The notes under the pieces: generated by a model
What the model was told of the DNA's origin: nothing
What the model saw: only the letters and a program-made list of their open reading frames with translations
The model's database searches: none
DNA from: the human T2T-CHM13v2.0 reference genome, Homo sapiens
DNA length: 64,000 bases
Reading direction: 5' to 3' (one strand)
Assembly (NCBI RefSeq): GCF_009914755.1
Contig: NC_060947.1
Program-made: the position numbers and the translations under genes
Shown: one piece after another, positions 14,026-27,614 of the stretch
Layout of the letters: the number at the start of each line of letters is the position of its first letter
How positions within the stretch are numbered: position 1 is the first letter of the stretch

Positions 14026-14757
14026 TGAGCTATTAATATAATATATTGACTGTAAAATGACTTCAGCTTCCCTTATCTATGCCTGGAACTACTTTTTTGT
14101 GCCTAAGTTTTTTATACTGAAGCTCACTTCTACTCTTTCTCCCCCTTTGGAAGTGGAAGGAGAAAGCTGATCAGCCTCCTCTAAGACCCATTTATGTTTC
14201 TGAAACTTGGTGAAGGCCCCTGTCTTTCTTTCACCAGTTTCAGTAATTACAGTTTTCCTTCAACATCACCTCATAGGTTTCATACTCTAATCCTTTAATA
14301 ATCTTTCTAATAAAGCTATGTTGAATGGCTCCAGACACAATTTCCCTCAGAAAGCAATCGCAGAAGAGGCCCTTTTGGAAAAGTACTTCTCCAGATAAAG
14401 AGAAACAGGGGTACTGTTCTATTCCTATGGATTTCTCCAAAAGCAGATGACAAAACTTGCCAGTAATCAGCTCCTAATAGATGACACTCTCTGAAGTTCC
14501 CTGGGGAACATTAATAAGGAACACGTCTTTCAAAACCTAGCATTTCACACAGGCAGTAATACTAGTTACTGCTTGTCAGGCCTGTCATTTTCAAAGACAG
14601 TGTGGTCTCTGGAGTCTTCCAGAAAAAATGTGTTCTGAAAAGCAACATTTGCTAGATTCCTCTAAGACTCTTTGGTTGTCTCCTGACTTCACTTCCTCAT
14701 TTCTACCACCAGCCTCTTCTCAAATTTCTTCTCTCTCTTCCCCATTTGAAAAAGAGA

Positions 14758-15070
14758 CACACTACATCCTGGATGAACCTTAAAGACATTATGCTAAGCA
14801 AAAAAAGCCCATCACAAAAGGATAAATACGGCATAATGCCATTCATATGAGGTACTGAGAGTAGTCAAATTCATAGAGACAGGAAGTAGAAAGTGAGGAG
14901 TTAGTGTTTAATGGGTATAGAGATTCAGTTTGGGGAGATGAAAATGTTCTGGAGATGGATGGTGGAGATGGTTGTGCAACAGTGTGAATGCACTTAATGT
15001 TACTGAACTGTACACATAAAAATGGTTAAAATGGTAAATTTTATGTTATGGATTTTTAGCACAAGAAAAT
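14758..15070 (+). mobile_element. L1MB 3' end
   Basis: ggatgaaccttaaagacattatgctaag...gttctggagatggatggtgg...ggtaaattttatgttatg. Confidence 0.85.
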
Positions 15071-17136
15071 AATCACAAATTAAACAAAAAAGAGAATGAA
15101 AATAAAAAGGAAGGAATGAGGGAAGGAAAGAAGGGAAACAAAGAAAGAAAACAAGGAAGAAAGCATGCCACATTTCCTTGTCCTCTCCTTCTCAATATCC
15201 ATTTCTCTATTAAAATAATAAAAGAATATATTATATAAAAGGTATGATAGTGAGTGTGGACTCTGATTTGGCCTTAGATCCCTGAGGGCACAATCTTGTG
15301 AATGTGAAGAAATCAAAACAGGATGAATTTATTGAAGAAAAGAAAAAGAGCTTGTGGGGACACTTACATTATCTTCATGTTCCAAAAAATAACCTCAACT
15401 CCCAAGTTTGACGTATTTCTCTGTCTTCTCAATTAAACTAAAATCCAAGCAGCCCTCTTCCTCCCCCTCCTGCAGACAGCTTTGATTTAGCCCTTTACTG
15501 AGAGATACAGTACATATATTTCTTAGCCTATCTCCAATTCTGGGAGCATAACTCTAGAAAACACTTTGTAAGTAGCCATACATATATTTGCTGAACCACT
15601 TCCCAGTCTCTGTGTCTTAGAGTATATGTGGCAAAGACAAAAGACAACACATCAAGACATTTATAAAATAGACTACTTTGATGGCCAAAAATGGAGTCCT
15701 GTGAGGAGGCGGATTTTGGAACAGATTTCAATAACTGACACCCTAAGTCTGCCAGTTCCTAAAATCACTTTTAGGGAATAGCTGATGGTATAAAATTCTA
15801 AACACAAAAATCAGACAAAAATCATTCTAATAAAGACAATTGCTTATCTTAGTGGCTGCAAATAATCTGGCAAACCTTTTGGGTTACAGTCATTTTAAGT
15901 CCAAAACCCTGAAGTAAAACTCTTTGGCTCTAGGCAACAGATAGCAAGGATATCTGGTTACTTTGAGAACATATTGGTTTTAAATTAACAACACTAAAGT
16001 GAAAAACTTGAGAGCTGGCAACTCATTCTAGAAACCACTGTGTCCTCTGCTACAAATAAAGAACTTATCCTAAATACTACTGGTGTTCTGCAGGACTTTG
16101 GGGTAGGTAAAGCTTGACTCCTTAGGCCCTTCCTTCAACAGGCCCCTCTCCCTTTGTAACTCTTCAGGTGCCCAGCTGAGCTTAGTGGCCTCGGGATCTT
16201 CCCCCCGCAACACCTGTCTCCTCTTTCTACAATCAAAATCTGCTTTCTAAATCCTGTGTTCAGACGAAAGTAAAAATGATTAATAAGAGTTAATTTACTA
16301 CCTTCAAAGATTGGTGAATTTATCAGGACAAGGCCTAAATTTAAAAGATTAAGCTGTAATGACAATTTCAGGTGTCAGGCAACTTGGCAGGGAAGTGGGG
16401 GTGGGCTTGGGCAAAGCTGATCCGATGGCTGGACAGGTCTCAGAATCACAGGTCACAGGAAATCAAGGTAATAATTGCCTCTTCTGCTTACTCAAGAAGA
16501 AAACAGGCCCTGGTTCAAGGGTCAGTCTGGCAACTCAGATGAAAAGCCCACTACAGGACATTTTGCTAATCCTTTCCTTAAAATACCCTAGATGTGACTC
16601 TTATTTCAAACTAAGTTAAAAACAGACTAAGCTGAAAACACTGATTTTATTTCAAACTATGTTGATTGCTTTTCCCTTTGAGAGTTTCATTTGTTTATCA
16701 GCAGAAATTCCTGGGCTAATTCCGAGAAATGCCATTCATTTCTCGCCAACAACAAGTCATGAACAATGGGCGGGGTAGAGGGGGAAGCTCCCCACGGAGG
16801 GTCTTGCTTTCTGGACATGACAGCCAAGGACTCTGAATGTGGAAGATGGCAGAAGAGGCAGCCTTTGGGTGGGAGCTCTGGGAAAGCAGAGGGGCAGGCC
16901 AGATGGCACATTGTGCACATGTTACTGCAGGGTTAGTCCTGGGGAAATGTCACACAAGGAAAATGTGTTTCCAGAGTGTCTATGTGCTCCATTATCAGCG
17001 AAACAATGTTGTCATGTTGCCCACAGCCCTCTGGAGATCCCACTGCTGCAAGATCTTACCCAGAACGGCTTTCTGTGGGCAGTTCTCTTGACCTCCTTTC
17101 TCAAAATCTCCCCTGGGCCCTATTACTGTAGTGCAG

Positions 17137-17300
17137 TCCTCAATCCGACTGCATCAGAATTAACTGGGATGCTTGTGTGAAATGCATGACACCCACTGCA
17201 GCCTAAATGATTCAGGATTTTTGGTGTAGGGTCTGGGAGTCTGCATTTTATCAAATCTCCCAAGGTGATCCTTAAGCATGTTAAAATTTGAGTAGTACTA
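17137..17300 (+). mobile_element. MER5A
   Basis: tgcatcagaattaactggg...tctgcattttatcaaatctcccaaggtgat. Confidence 0.65.
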
Positions 17301-17574
17301 GTTTAGGGTCTTGTGCTAAAATTGCCTACTACCCTAACAAACTTCTCCAAACTAAGATACTGTATATACCAATAGCTTATTGCTATAACATACATTGCTC
17401 CTAGAAATTGAATGGCAAAATACAACACTTCTTGAAGCACATAACAAAGAACCCTAATTCTGCAAAGTGCCTCCAAAAAATGGGTATTATGGCTGAATAA
17501 ATTTAGACAATGTTACATCCCATATACCTCTCTGGTAGATTCATAATGGGTACTAATGTATCAAGGCTCTGTCA

Positions 17575-18206
17575 TATAAATAGACAACAAGTATATAAAA
17601 ATGCTCAACATCACTAATCATCAGAAAAATACAAATCAAAGCCACAATGAGGTATCATCTCAGCCCAGTTAGAATGGTTATGTTCAAAAAGACAAAATGT
17701 AATAGATTCTAGTGAGGATGTGGAGAAAAGGGAACTCATATGCTGTTGGTGGGAATGTAAATCAGTACAGCTACTATGGAAAACAGTATGGAGGCTTCTT
17801 AAAAAAGCTACAAATAAAACTACTATATGATCCAGCAATCCTACTACTGGGTATATATCCAAAAAAAGGGAAATCAGTGTATTAAAGGGATAGCTACATC
17901 CCTATGTTTATCGCAGGACCACACACAACAGCAAGATATGGAATCAACGTAAGTTTCCATCAACGGAAGAATGGATAAAGAAAATGTGGTATATATACAC
18001 AATGGAGTATTATTCAGCCATAAAAAATAAAGAAATCCTGTCATTCACAGCAACATGAATGAGACTTGAAAATACTAAGTTAAGCAAAATAAGTCAGGAA
18101 CAGTAAGATAAACACCGTGTGTTCTCACTCATATGTGGAAGCTAAAAAAGTTGATCTCATAGAAACAGAAAGTAGAATAGTGGTTACTAGAGGCTGGGAA
18201 GGGTAG
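17575..18206 (+). mobile_element. L1MA fragment (ORF2 C-terminus and start of 3' UTR), 3' end missing
   Basis: aaatgctcaacatcactaatcatcag...gatccagcaatcctactactgggtatatatcc...agaatagtggttactagaggctgggaaggg. Confidence 0.88.
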
Positions 18207-18446
18207 GCACGATCTTGTCTCACTGCAACCTCCACCTCCTGGGTTCAAGCGATCCTCCTGCCTCAGCCTTCTGAGTAGCTGGGACTACAGGCATGCACCA
18301 CCACACCCAGCTAATTTTTTTGTATTTTAAATAGAGACAGAGTTTCACCATGTTGACCAGGATGGTCTCAATCTCTTGACTTCGTGATCTGCCTGCCTCG
18401 GCCTCCCAAAGTGCTGGGATTACAGGCGTGAGCCAGTGCACCCAGC
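18207..18446 (-). mobile_element. AluS (Sc-like) lacking its 3' end and tail
   Basis: ctcactgcaacctcc...caggatggtctc...ctcccaaagtgctgggattacaggcgtgagcc. Confidence 0.9.
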
Positions 18447-19081
18447 AAATGCTACTTTCTTGAAGAAGGTTTTAACCCCTTGTACTGTGTCAAGTGTCCA
18501 AGGACCAACAGTATGAGAAAAATAGTGGAAATAAGGCATGGAAGATGGTTAAAGGGGTCTAAGAGAACAGTCAGTATGGACATGGAGGGTCTAGTGATCA
18601 AAAGTGAACATCTCCTTTGGCAGCCCCTCTGTAACCTAAAATAGTAATAATAATAATAAAGCAAAATATCTGCTATTCAGACACCAACATTTCAGAATCC
18701 TCAGGCTTTTGGATAACTCTGGACCCATATATATATATATGTAATTATTATGTGTAATATATATACCAATCTTTTGCAGGCAAAGGAGTGGCTCCTGGTT
18801 GATCATCTTGCACACTACAGCTATTGTAGTCACCTTACTAGGGAAAACAATATGCTAATTGGCTGTTACTGTTAAAAAGGAATTGATCTGTTTTGATAAA
18901 ATCCAAGAGACAAACGAATATAGAATTCAGAAGAGAATAGAAGAGAGAAGAGAGCAATGGAGATCAGATATGGATGGTGGCAAAAGCAGCAAATCAGCAG
19001 CAACCATGAGGATGGCTGGCAGTAGGTACTCAAAGAAATGAACTAAAAGAAGATGGGGCAACCTTAAAATTTAAGAGAGAT

Positions 19082-19668
19082 TCCTCAATAAATTAAAAAT
19101 AAAATTACCATAAGACCCAGAATTTCCACTCCTAGGTATATACAAAATAATTGAAAACATATGCCACACAAAAACTTGTATATAAATGTCCGTAGCAGCG
19201 TTATTCACAATGGCCAAAAGGTGGAAACAACCCAAATGACTACCAACAGATGAATGGATAACGAAAGTGGTCTATGCATAATAATGGAAGATTATTCAGC
19301 CCTAAAAAGAAATGTCATACTGATACATGCTACAACATGGGTGAACCTTGAAAACACTATGCTAAGTGAATGAAACTAGATGCAAAAGGCCACAAATTGT
19401 ATGATTCCACTTATGTGAAATGTCCAGAATAGGCAAATCCATAGAGAAGTAGATTCATGGTTACCAGGGGCTAGGGGAAAAGGGGAATGGAGAGTGACTG
19501 TGTAATAGGTTTCCTTTTGGGGTGGTGAAAAATTTCAGAAACTAGATTAGTGGTAAATGTTCTTACCACTTGTACAATATTGTAAATGTTCTTAATGCCA
19601 CTGAATTATACACTAAAATGATACATTTTATGTTATGCATCTTTTACCACAATAATAAATAAATAAAT
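19082..19668 (+). mobile_element. L1MB 3' end
   Basis: aaacaacccaaatg...gaaccttgaaaacactatgctaagtgaa...ttttaccacaataataaataaa. Confidence 0.85.
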
Positions 19669-19949
19669 CTCTCTTTTGAACCTTCCCTAGAAAAAAACTG
19701 GAGGAAACACAAAAGGCCTGTCTACTTGATTACTGTAACTGTGGAAGTCACAGATATAGACAGACATAGTCATAGACCTAGACTCTAGACTCCTTTTTAA
19801 TATAAATACATGGGATGGGAGAAAAGGGGAACACAAGGGCAGATAGGTCAGTGATTAAAGACAAAAAAAAGCAGATTCAGAGTAAACAAGTGATTTTCAA
19901 CTCTTACTCTAAACTTGTCTACAGTCAAATGCCATGTACCCACCTCATC

Positions 19950-20562
19950 TTACACAGTCTGTGCTATAGTGTGGATTTGTGTAACACAAGTGGTTCATAT
20001 GTGAGTGCTAAATAAGGGAATGAAGTTGGTATAAAATAGAAATTGCATTAGTTCATACATGATTACCCAGCAAATTAATATTTTGCACTACCAAGTGACA
20101 GCAGCTAAAAGCCAAGTACACTAACTCAACTGAAATCAGGAAGCCATTTGCCCTACATTCTTCCTCTTGCCTCAGTTGGGCCACATGCTCTGTCTTGTAA
20201 GTGCTTATTACATGATTCTCCGTGATCTTTGTGCAATTTACTGTTGTCTCTATAACTTAGCAGCTTCAATCCTTCCTTAAACACTGTTCCTTCAAGCTAA
20301 TGTTACCATTTTAAAAGGTGAAGTCTAGAAGTCTATATTTACTGTAATATTTTATTAGAAATGTAAGATGCCTTTTTAAACTGTGTTAGTATTTCATTAG
20401 TATAGTTGCTTTGTTAATATTCTGGTTACAAAGTTGCCTAAGTTTTGAGTGGTTTTCTCTAATGCTACTTTTTCCTTAAGCCCTGTGATTTTTCAGTGTA
20501 CAATTTTGTAGAATGTGAGGATTTTCAGATATGTGCATATTGTATTGTGGCAGAAATGCCTG
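19950..20562. mobile_element. Possible old Tigger (TcMar) remnant
   Basis: Degenerate termini (gtgctatagtg... / ...gtggcagaaatgcctgt) around an AT-rich body. Confidence 0.35.
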
Positions 20563-22183
20563 TGTTTGCTAGCTCACTCACAACCCAACTATTGTTGAAA
20601 GAGAAATGACACAGGGCTTCCCACATTCTCCTTATGGGAACACATACTATAGTGCAACACTGGTAAGGTCTTTTCCCTAACCTACCTTGAATATCTAAGA
20701 CTGGGGTGTCTCTCTTGGCAAACCACACTGTCACTATTCCTATTAAAACCATTCATAGTGCCAAACTTTTTCACACCTAGCCAAAAGGAAACACTGTGGA
20801 TTAGGTCTCTGTTAACCAGATCAAATCAGTTATTTTGGCAATTTTATAAGAGCTCTTTAATAACCCAGGAATGCTGGAATACCTCCAGGAAAACCCAAAT
20901 TTATTAATTCTGAATAGCAAATTCTCAGTGGAATGACCATTTTAAAAAGCCCTCTTAGATAATATCATGATTTAGACTCCTGATCACTATAAAATTCTTC
21001 TTTTTGTGATAAAATTCTCTCTCTGTGCATATATATAAAATAAAATATATATATTATGAAATATATACATACACATATTATGAAAATAAGTCATGTTGTT
21101 TTACTTTCCCTTCCAGCATTACCACTTCATTCCCCCAAAAGAGAAGATAGGGAATTTAATTCCTTCAAATCACTAAAATCTCTTAATTATCAGGGACTCC
21201 ACAGAGTCTTGCTTAGAGACCAGGATGAATTTAATGACGTTCATGAGTCCTATGCAGTCTTGACTTTTCCATTAAGAATGTTCCAGCCTCCATGTAGCCT
21301 CTTTGGGCCCAGTAGAGCACTGTGGTATGTGACTAAGACTTGACCTCTGCCAAGACTTGGACAAGTGCTGATGAAAAAAAATTTATTTGCTCTTTGTGGG
21401 AATCAGTATAGATTTCTCTCTGGTATTTCTGGAAGAGCTGCCTGCATACTCTGATTTCCACGGTTTAGCAGGAGCTGTAGGAGACAATTTCAAATACAGG
21501 TGGGCTCCTTGGAAATTTTAGGGGTAACGAGTTTAGAAAGCAAGAGCCATGGGAAATACATAAACAAATGAAATGAGATGGCTCCTCTGTCTCCTTCAAT
21601 GGAAACTAAGCTCTAAGCATGATAGGTAGGACACTTCCACTGAGTCTGTTACCACCTAGGCAAAAGCTTCTCTAAATCAATACTGCTATAGGACAGTATG
21701 TAAAGCCAGTATCTGGGGTATACAGTTTGCTTATTTGTCGTCTTTTTATACGGAGCTTATTCATCATCTTGGCTTTAAATATTTTCTTCTTAAATGAGGA
21801 CATTTTCATCACAGTGCCTTCCATTGGGTTAAGATGGAAAACCAGAGCCCTTTTCTTTGACCAAACATTTCTGTGGCCCTGAAGGCATGAGTTTCCTCAT
21901 GCCTAATAATCACTGGGGTGGAAGGAACACAGAGGAGTCATCACATCCATTGCCCTGTCTCAAAGCAGGACTGTGCCAACTCTATCTCAGATGGGTGGGT
22001 ACCTTTTTATTTCTAGAAATATTAAGTAAAGAGACTAAAATTATCCTTAGTCATTTATTCTAGGATTTAACAGCCACGGTGTTCAAAGTTCTTCCTTTTG
22101 TCAAGCTCCACTCCTCTCTGCTATGATTTAAAGCTATTTACTCTTGTTTTATCTTCAGTAGAAAGAAAGAATAGCTGGTTGCA

Positions 22184-23770
22184 TTCTGGTTCAATATGGC
22201 AAAGAGAACACATGAGAAATCTCCCTGTTATTTTCAAAACAAAGAGAGATGAAATGTGGAACTAGAAAAATAAATAAATAAAACGTGAAAACTGCAAAAT
22301 TATATTCAGAAACACAAAAAAACTCTTCGTGGAATAAAATATAGAAGGAAAGTACAGCAATAAATGGGAGCCAAAGCCATATGGTCCATCAGCAGCTGGG
22401 ACTGAATATGGATAGTTTGGATCCAAATGGCTGAGGAGAAACTACAGCTTGCAAGTGGCTTCCCATGTGAAGTTGGGGACTAGGGTCACACTACTCGCAT
22501 GTAAACAGGGGCTGACATAGCTCTCCCCACTCAGTGTTCCCTAAAAAACACTGATTGTCCAAGTTAGGCAGTTGTAGATGAGGCAGTTGTAGATCAGTCC
22601 ATGATCATTATCAGAGACTAGTAGTGCACAAGAAAACAGAGGTAGAAATAGACCATTCAGGCATGAGGCAGCCCAAACCGAGTCATTAATATATGACCTG
22701 GTTTAGAGCAAAGTGAACTATAAAGCCTGCAACAACCATCCCACAAAGAAGGGCTCATGTAAGAAAAAACAAAAACAAAAACAAACAAACAAAACAAACC
22801 CAAAACACCCATGGATAATGAGCTTTGAAAGAAAAAGTAGAAAACCAAGGAAAATTCAGAACTAAGAAAAGCTGTCAAGAAACCCAACAAAGGTGACAAT
22901 TCACATCTAAAAATATTTAGATATTTGAACAATCTGAAATGGACTTCAAATAAACTTTTAAATACTTTAAAGAAGTAAAAAAGAGAATAAGATTCCCCAA
23001 AACAATAACAGGTTATAAATTAGCATCATGTAGATGTCTTTTTAAATAACTTGAAAACCTGAGGGGAAACAAGGTTATTGAAAATAAACAAAGAAACAAA
23101 CAAAACCCAACACATGGCCTAAATAGTATGCATGGAAAGAATTCATGAATTGGAGAACAGAGTTGAAGTAATATATCATTTTAGGGAGAATATCAGGAGG
23201 GAAAAATAAAGGAGACATTAGGAGACATAAAGGATAAATTAAATGAGATGCAATAATATACACCAAAGACAATTTTGAGAATGAGAAAAAATAAGAAGGT
23301 GAAGAGATAATTTTCAAAAAAAAAACTGACTAAAAATTGAAGAGAAATTTGACTCCTTTGGCTGAAAAAATCATGTGCTGAGCAGGCTGAAGAGAATAAT
23401 CAAACTTACACATCTCATTGTGTGCATCAATGAAAAGAAGAAAGTTTTAAAAGCTAGAAGAAAAAAAAAACGAAGAACCCGCAAAAGAACTACAAATAGC
23501 AGAATTCTTAACCACAAACAAATAAACAAACATAAAGCCAACAAACCATTTAGTAATATCTTCAAAGTGCTGAGGGGAGATGAACATGCACCTATAATTT
23601 CATACCCAGCCAAATTATCATTCAAGAATGGTTGTAAAATAAATACACTTTTTTGTATATAAGGACTAAGGAATTTTAGAACTACTACCCACAGAAAGAG
23701 CTGTTAAAGGTTATAGTTAACAAGAAGAAAAATGAACTCATGGAGAAGTGAGCTGCAAGAGCAAGAAGGA
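22184..23770 (+). mobile_element. HAL1 / ancient L1M 5' UTR and ORF1 remnant
   Basis: Starts ttctggttcaatatggc; ORF 23375-23662 contains NIFKVLRG...IISYPAKLSFKNG, matching the L1 ORF1p C-terminal ILYPAKLSF motif. Confidence 0.7.
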
Positions 23771-24174
23771 AAAGAAAAGGAATAGTTTATTTCTATCCTC
23801 CATACCATAAAATGAGCTTTTTAAGTCTTAACCATAATGGTGTTTATTTCTTTCAACGCTTTCACCTCTGGAATTTTTGAGCTCAGTTCTTTTAACACTT
23901 TATTTTTCTCTCAAAATAACTGCTAGCTTATACTTTCCCTTTTTCTCAATACTTGCTTCCTGTTAGGCAGCTGGGGTAGGTGCAGCCATATTCTATTCTA
24001 TGTTGTTTTGCCCCATGCTCTGGGTCTGGGTCATGCCTCAACCTTCTTCCCAGGGAAGAACAATCTTTACACAGAAGTTTAGATAAGTTCCTATGACATT
24101 AGACCACTTTTGGAGACTTCTGAGGAATAAAAAGCTTTTATAAGGCTGTCTGACAGGCTACCTGGCAGGTTAAC

Positions 24175-24228
24175 CAAAAAACAAAAACAAAAAACAAAAA
24201 ACAAAAAAACAAAAAAAAAAAAAACAAA
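24175..24228. repeat. (CAAAAA)n A-rich repeat
   Basis: Directly visible. Confidence 0.9.
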
Positions 24229-24777
24229 GAAGCTCTCCAGAGTGGCAACTTTATCAGAAACATTGTTCCCATTTACCAGAGCGCCCCCACCCCCACCCAT
24301 ACCACATTCTTGCAATCCAGTTTAGGAAGAAGAAGCAAATAAACACATACAGAAACAGTAAGCCTGGCTTAGGGACTTATTCCAAAAAAAACCCAACAAC
24401 TTTTAGGTTGGTCATATGCCAAGTCAATCTCTGACATCTCAAAGCATATACTATCAGCACCAACACTCAGAATTTAAAAACCTGTGATATGGCATGATAT
24501 TCTGCCATCTGGAAATGAATCACCTGTGTTCATTAGGGTGTATTTACTGATGCAGGAAAATATATTTTATAAAGGTAGTGACAAAAAGAGTTTGGGTGTT
24601 TCTTCTCCATTAAAAAAAAATTCTCCACTCTTGGAACATTTCAGTTGACTGGGTTTTCATTGAACCCCATTCCCAGCCTTATTCCTAACATTTTTGCCTG
24701 GATACATTTGGTTTCTCTCTTATAAGTTCTGGAAGTTCCTCACCACTTAAAAAGCACCGTCTATACCTTAGCTGGGG

Positions 24778-24940
24778 TAGTGGTTCTTCCTGTACACCCC
24801 TTTGGGACTGACAATAAAGCTGCGGATGTTCTCTAAAGGAATTTACAAATATACATAGTTACACCAAAAACTGCAAGCAATTTTAAAGGGTTCTCTGACC
24901 CTCAAAAGCCCATCCAGGAACCCTAGTTCAAGAATTTCTA
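24778..24940. mobile_element. MER103-like hAT MITE
   Basis: gcaattttaaagggttctctgaccctcaaaagcccatccaggaaccctagttcaagaa. Confidence 0.55.
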
Positions 24941-25740
24941 CCCTAAAGGGAAATGGAATCAACTTACAGGATGATAAGGCTTCTACTTCACAAAGCCCAA
25001 GAGTGTCAAGTAGCTTTTTCTAGGATTGCCACTGGGCCCACAGGCATTCTCTGAATCACTCCACACGCTTTTGGGGTGGGAATCGGGCCCCAGTCAGACA
25101 TGAACAAAGTGTCATTGAGGGAGCCCCTGCCTCAGACAAATACCGTAGCTGCAAATCGTGAAAGTAGATGTCCTAACAGTTGTGTGAAAAATTCTCTGCC
25201 TGGCTGCCCCTTAGAATTACACTTAACAATGTGTACATAATAACTGCAGTCTGGAGGAGGTGACTATTCAGCAGGCAGGCAGCTTTATACTGTCATAAAC
25301 CTCACTGGGTCAGCTCCTTTGATTTATGAATGGCCCCCTCATAATTTAGAAGCTATGCTCGGATGCAATTCCAGCACTAATTGTATAAGACACATGCCGC
25401 CATGCTGCAACTCTCCTGGTGCCTGCTGCCCATGGCAGGAAGAGGCTGCTTATAGCAGAAAATCTCTGGGCCACAATTTCCATCTCCGATTGACACCCAC
25501 CTTCAAATGATTAAAAGCCCAATAAAAATCTGTTACTGGGTACCCAATAACTTATTAGAGCCTAGAATGTACCCCATTTGGGCTATAAAAAGTATTTAGA
25601 GGCCAGTTTGGACTGCCTAAAGGTTCCTATTGTTATCTGTCTGGAAGTTTCCCTTCTGGGGAATTATGGAGATGAGTTGAGTTGGGTGAAGAGGGAAATG
25701 GAGAACCACAGCTAGGAAAGAAAGAGACAAATTGCTTTAC

Positions 25741-25834
25741 CTGGGCAGCGAGGGCAGCACAGATGAGGAATATGCACAGGAGAAAGGCAATGAACATTTG
25801 GACATCTGACTCGGCTGCAAAGCACATTCCCATT
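25741..25834 (-). CDS. CHRDL1: CHRDL1 exon 4 (94 nt; second half of VWC/CR domain 1)
   Basis: Acceptor cttctctttttcag|AAT, donor CAG|GTAAAG; [31 protein letters not shown] with the CCP.C VWC terminus. Confidence 0.97.
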
Positions 25835-27071
25835 CTGAAAAAGAGAAGGCAATGAGAAAAAATAAATGTCTTTCAAAGGTCGCTGGGATCAAGCCAGTTT
25901 GGGAAACAGTCATGCAGGGACTCACCCAGGCAGTGAATAATGCATTCCCAAGAAGCTGAATGCATTCAACATTTTCTTTCCTTTTCTCATCACCAGCACC
26001 TCTGCTGGGTTGGTTGATAGTTTATTGGCATATTTTTCTAAGGCTGAGATCACCACTCCTCCAATTTTCAAAGCTTCCCATTAATTGTGGGAGGCTTCTT
26101 CTGGCCTGGCTCCATGGCATTTCTACCATTCCCCAGCTCTAGCTGCATGTCTTTTCCAAGAACCTACTCTGATTTCATAATCACCTGTCCAATAACATGA
26201 AAGACACAATGAGCAATGGGTCCCCTGAGCTGCTACCCAGCCCTGGGCAAGGAGGCATCCCTAGCAGGTGGATCCTGGATTCCATATAAATCTGCCTTGG
26301 CCCAGTGGGCCAAGTGATTCTTCTCATTTCCTTTTTAGCCAAAATTCTTCTGAGGACGAGCTAGAGTTTGGAATTTAGCTGATTAGGTAGTATGCCTGGG
26401 TGGGGCGACTGGGTCCCTGCCTGATTTACAATTACAAGACCCCTCGCTCTGACAGCTCACAACCATTTCTAGAACAAAGACATAGTCTGGAAATAAATTT
26501 TTCATTTACATTTTCCATCCATAAATCATTTGCAGCAAGGGCTACTTGTATTTGTCAGGCTGTTGTGGGGGAAGAAAGTAGTGAAGAGGATATAGAAATA
26601 GAAAATGCCTTGTGCTTGAGCTGTTGGCATTGGGATCATTTTAACATTTTGACTGCGTTGCAGACATCAAAGCCTCAGCTCCCAATGGTTAGCTGTCCAT
26701 CTCCAACGTGTCGAAATGTGTCGCGTCAAGAATCCGACAAAATCAGGCCATCCCAGGCAGTTAATCAATCCCCAAATGATCTATTTAATACATGCCCTAA
26801 CCATTTAAAGAGGCGGGCTTCTTTTATCCAAATTGGAATTGCCTTATCCCAACCTTTTCCTTTTCTTGTGTACTTTCTAGAATAATTTTTTTTGGAGTGT
26901 TGCATTTGGCAACACCACAGAAGCTCCTCAGGTATCACACTCCTCAGAGGCAGGTGGTATAATCTTGAATTGAGATCACTGAAGCACATCAGAAACCACA
27001 CCTCCCAGCTGAGGTCTAAAGTGAATCCTCATTAATGCTATATACTGAATTCTGTTCTAGAGCTAATAGAT

Positions 27072-27382
27072 TAATAATAATAACGATGATGATGATAACC
27101 ACAATGATAAGGACAACAATGATGACAATAACAGCTGTTAACATTTCTTGAATGTTTACCAAGACTAAGTATTGTTTTAAATGATTTAAATGGATTTGTA
27201 AATTTAATCCTTATCAGAACCATATGAAATGGTAATATCATTATCCCATTTATAAAAAGAGGAAGATGAATGAATATCACAGAGGTCAGGTAACTTGTCC
27301 AGTGGCTCATAAGTGGCAGAGGCAGGGCTGGAAACTTGGTCTGTCTTTATTCTAGAACCTCATAGCCTCTTAATACTGCCTG
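27072..27382 (-). mobile_element. MIR with (AAT/GAT)n tail
   Basis: ttatcccatttataaaaagagg...cacagaggtcaggtaacttgtcc...aagtggcagaggcagggctggaa. Confidence 0.75.
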
Positions 27383-27614
27383 ATGTTACCTGATAATTAT
27401 GTTTCCACATGCTCAAAATTCTGACAGCCCAAAATTATGTTCAAATGGTAAATGGATCAGGCTTGCAAGTGATTGTTCCTGCTCTAGCTGGGCATGAGGG
27501 AAGAGGTGCAGTCCTTACAAAAGGTCTCAGGTAAGAAGCTGGTCTTGAAAATTCTTTGTGTAAGTTCAGAATTCTCAATGCCTAGTACAAGGCCTCCCTT
27601 TCCAATTAGCCTAG

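Noticed and set aside
26400-26885. 161-aa plus-strand ORF
   Set aside because: Non-ATG start, no recognisable homology, antisense in intron 3; better explained as regulatory DNA or chance
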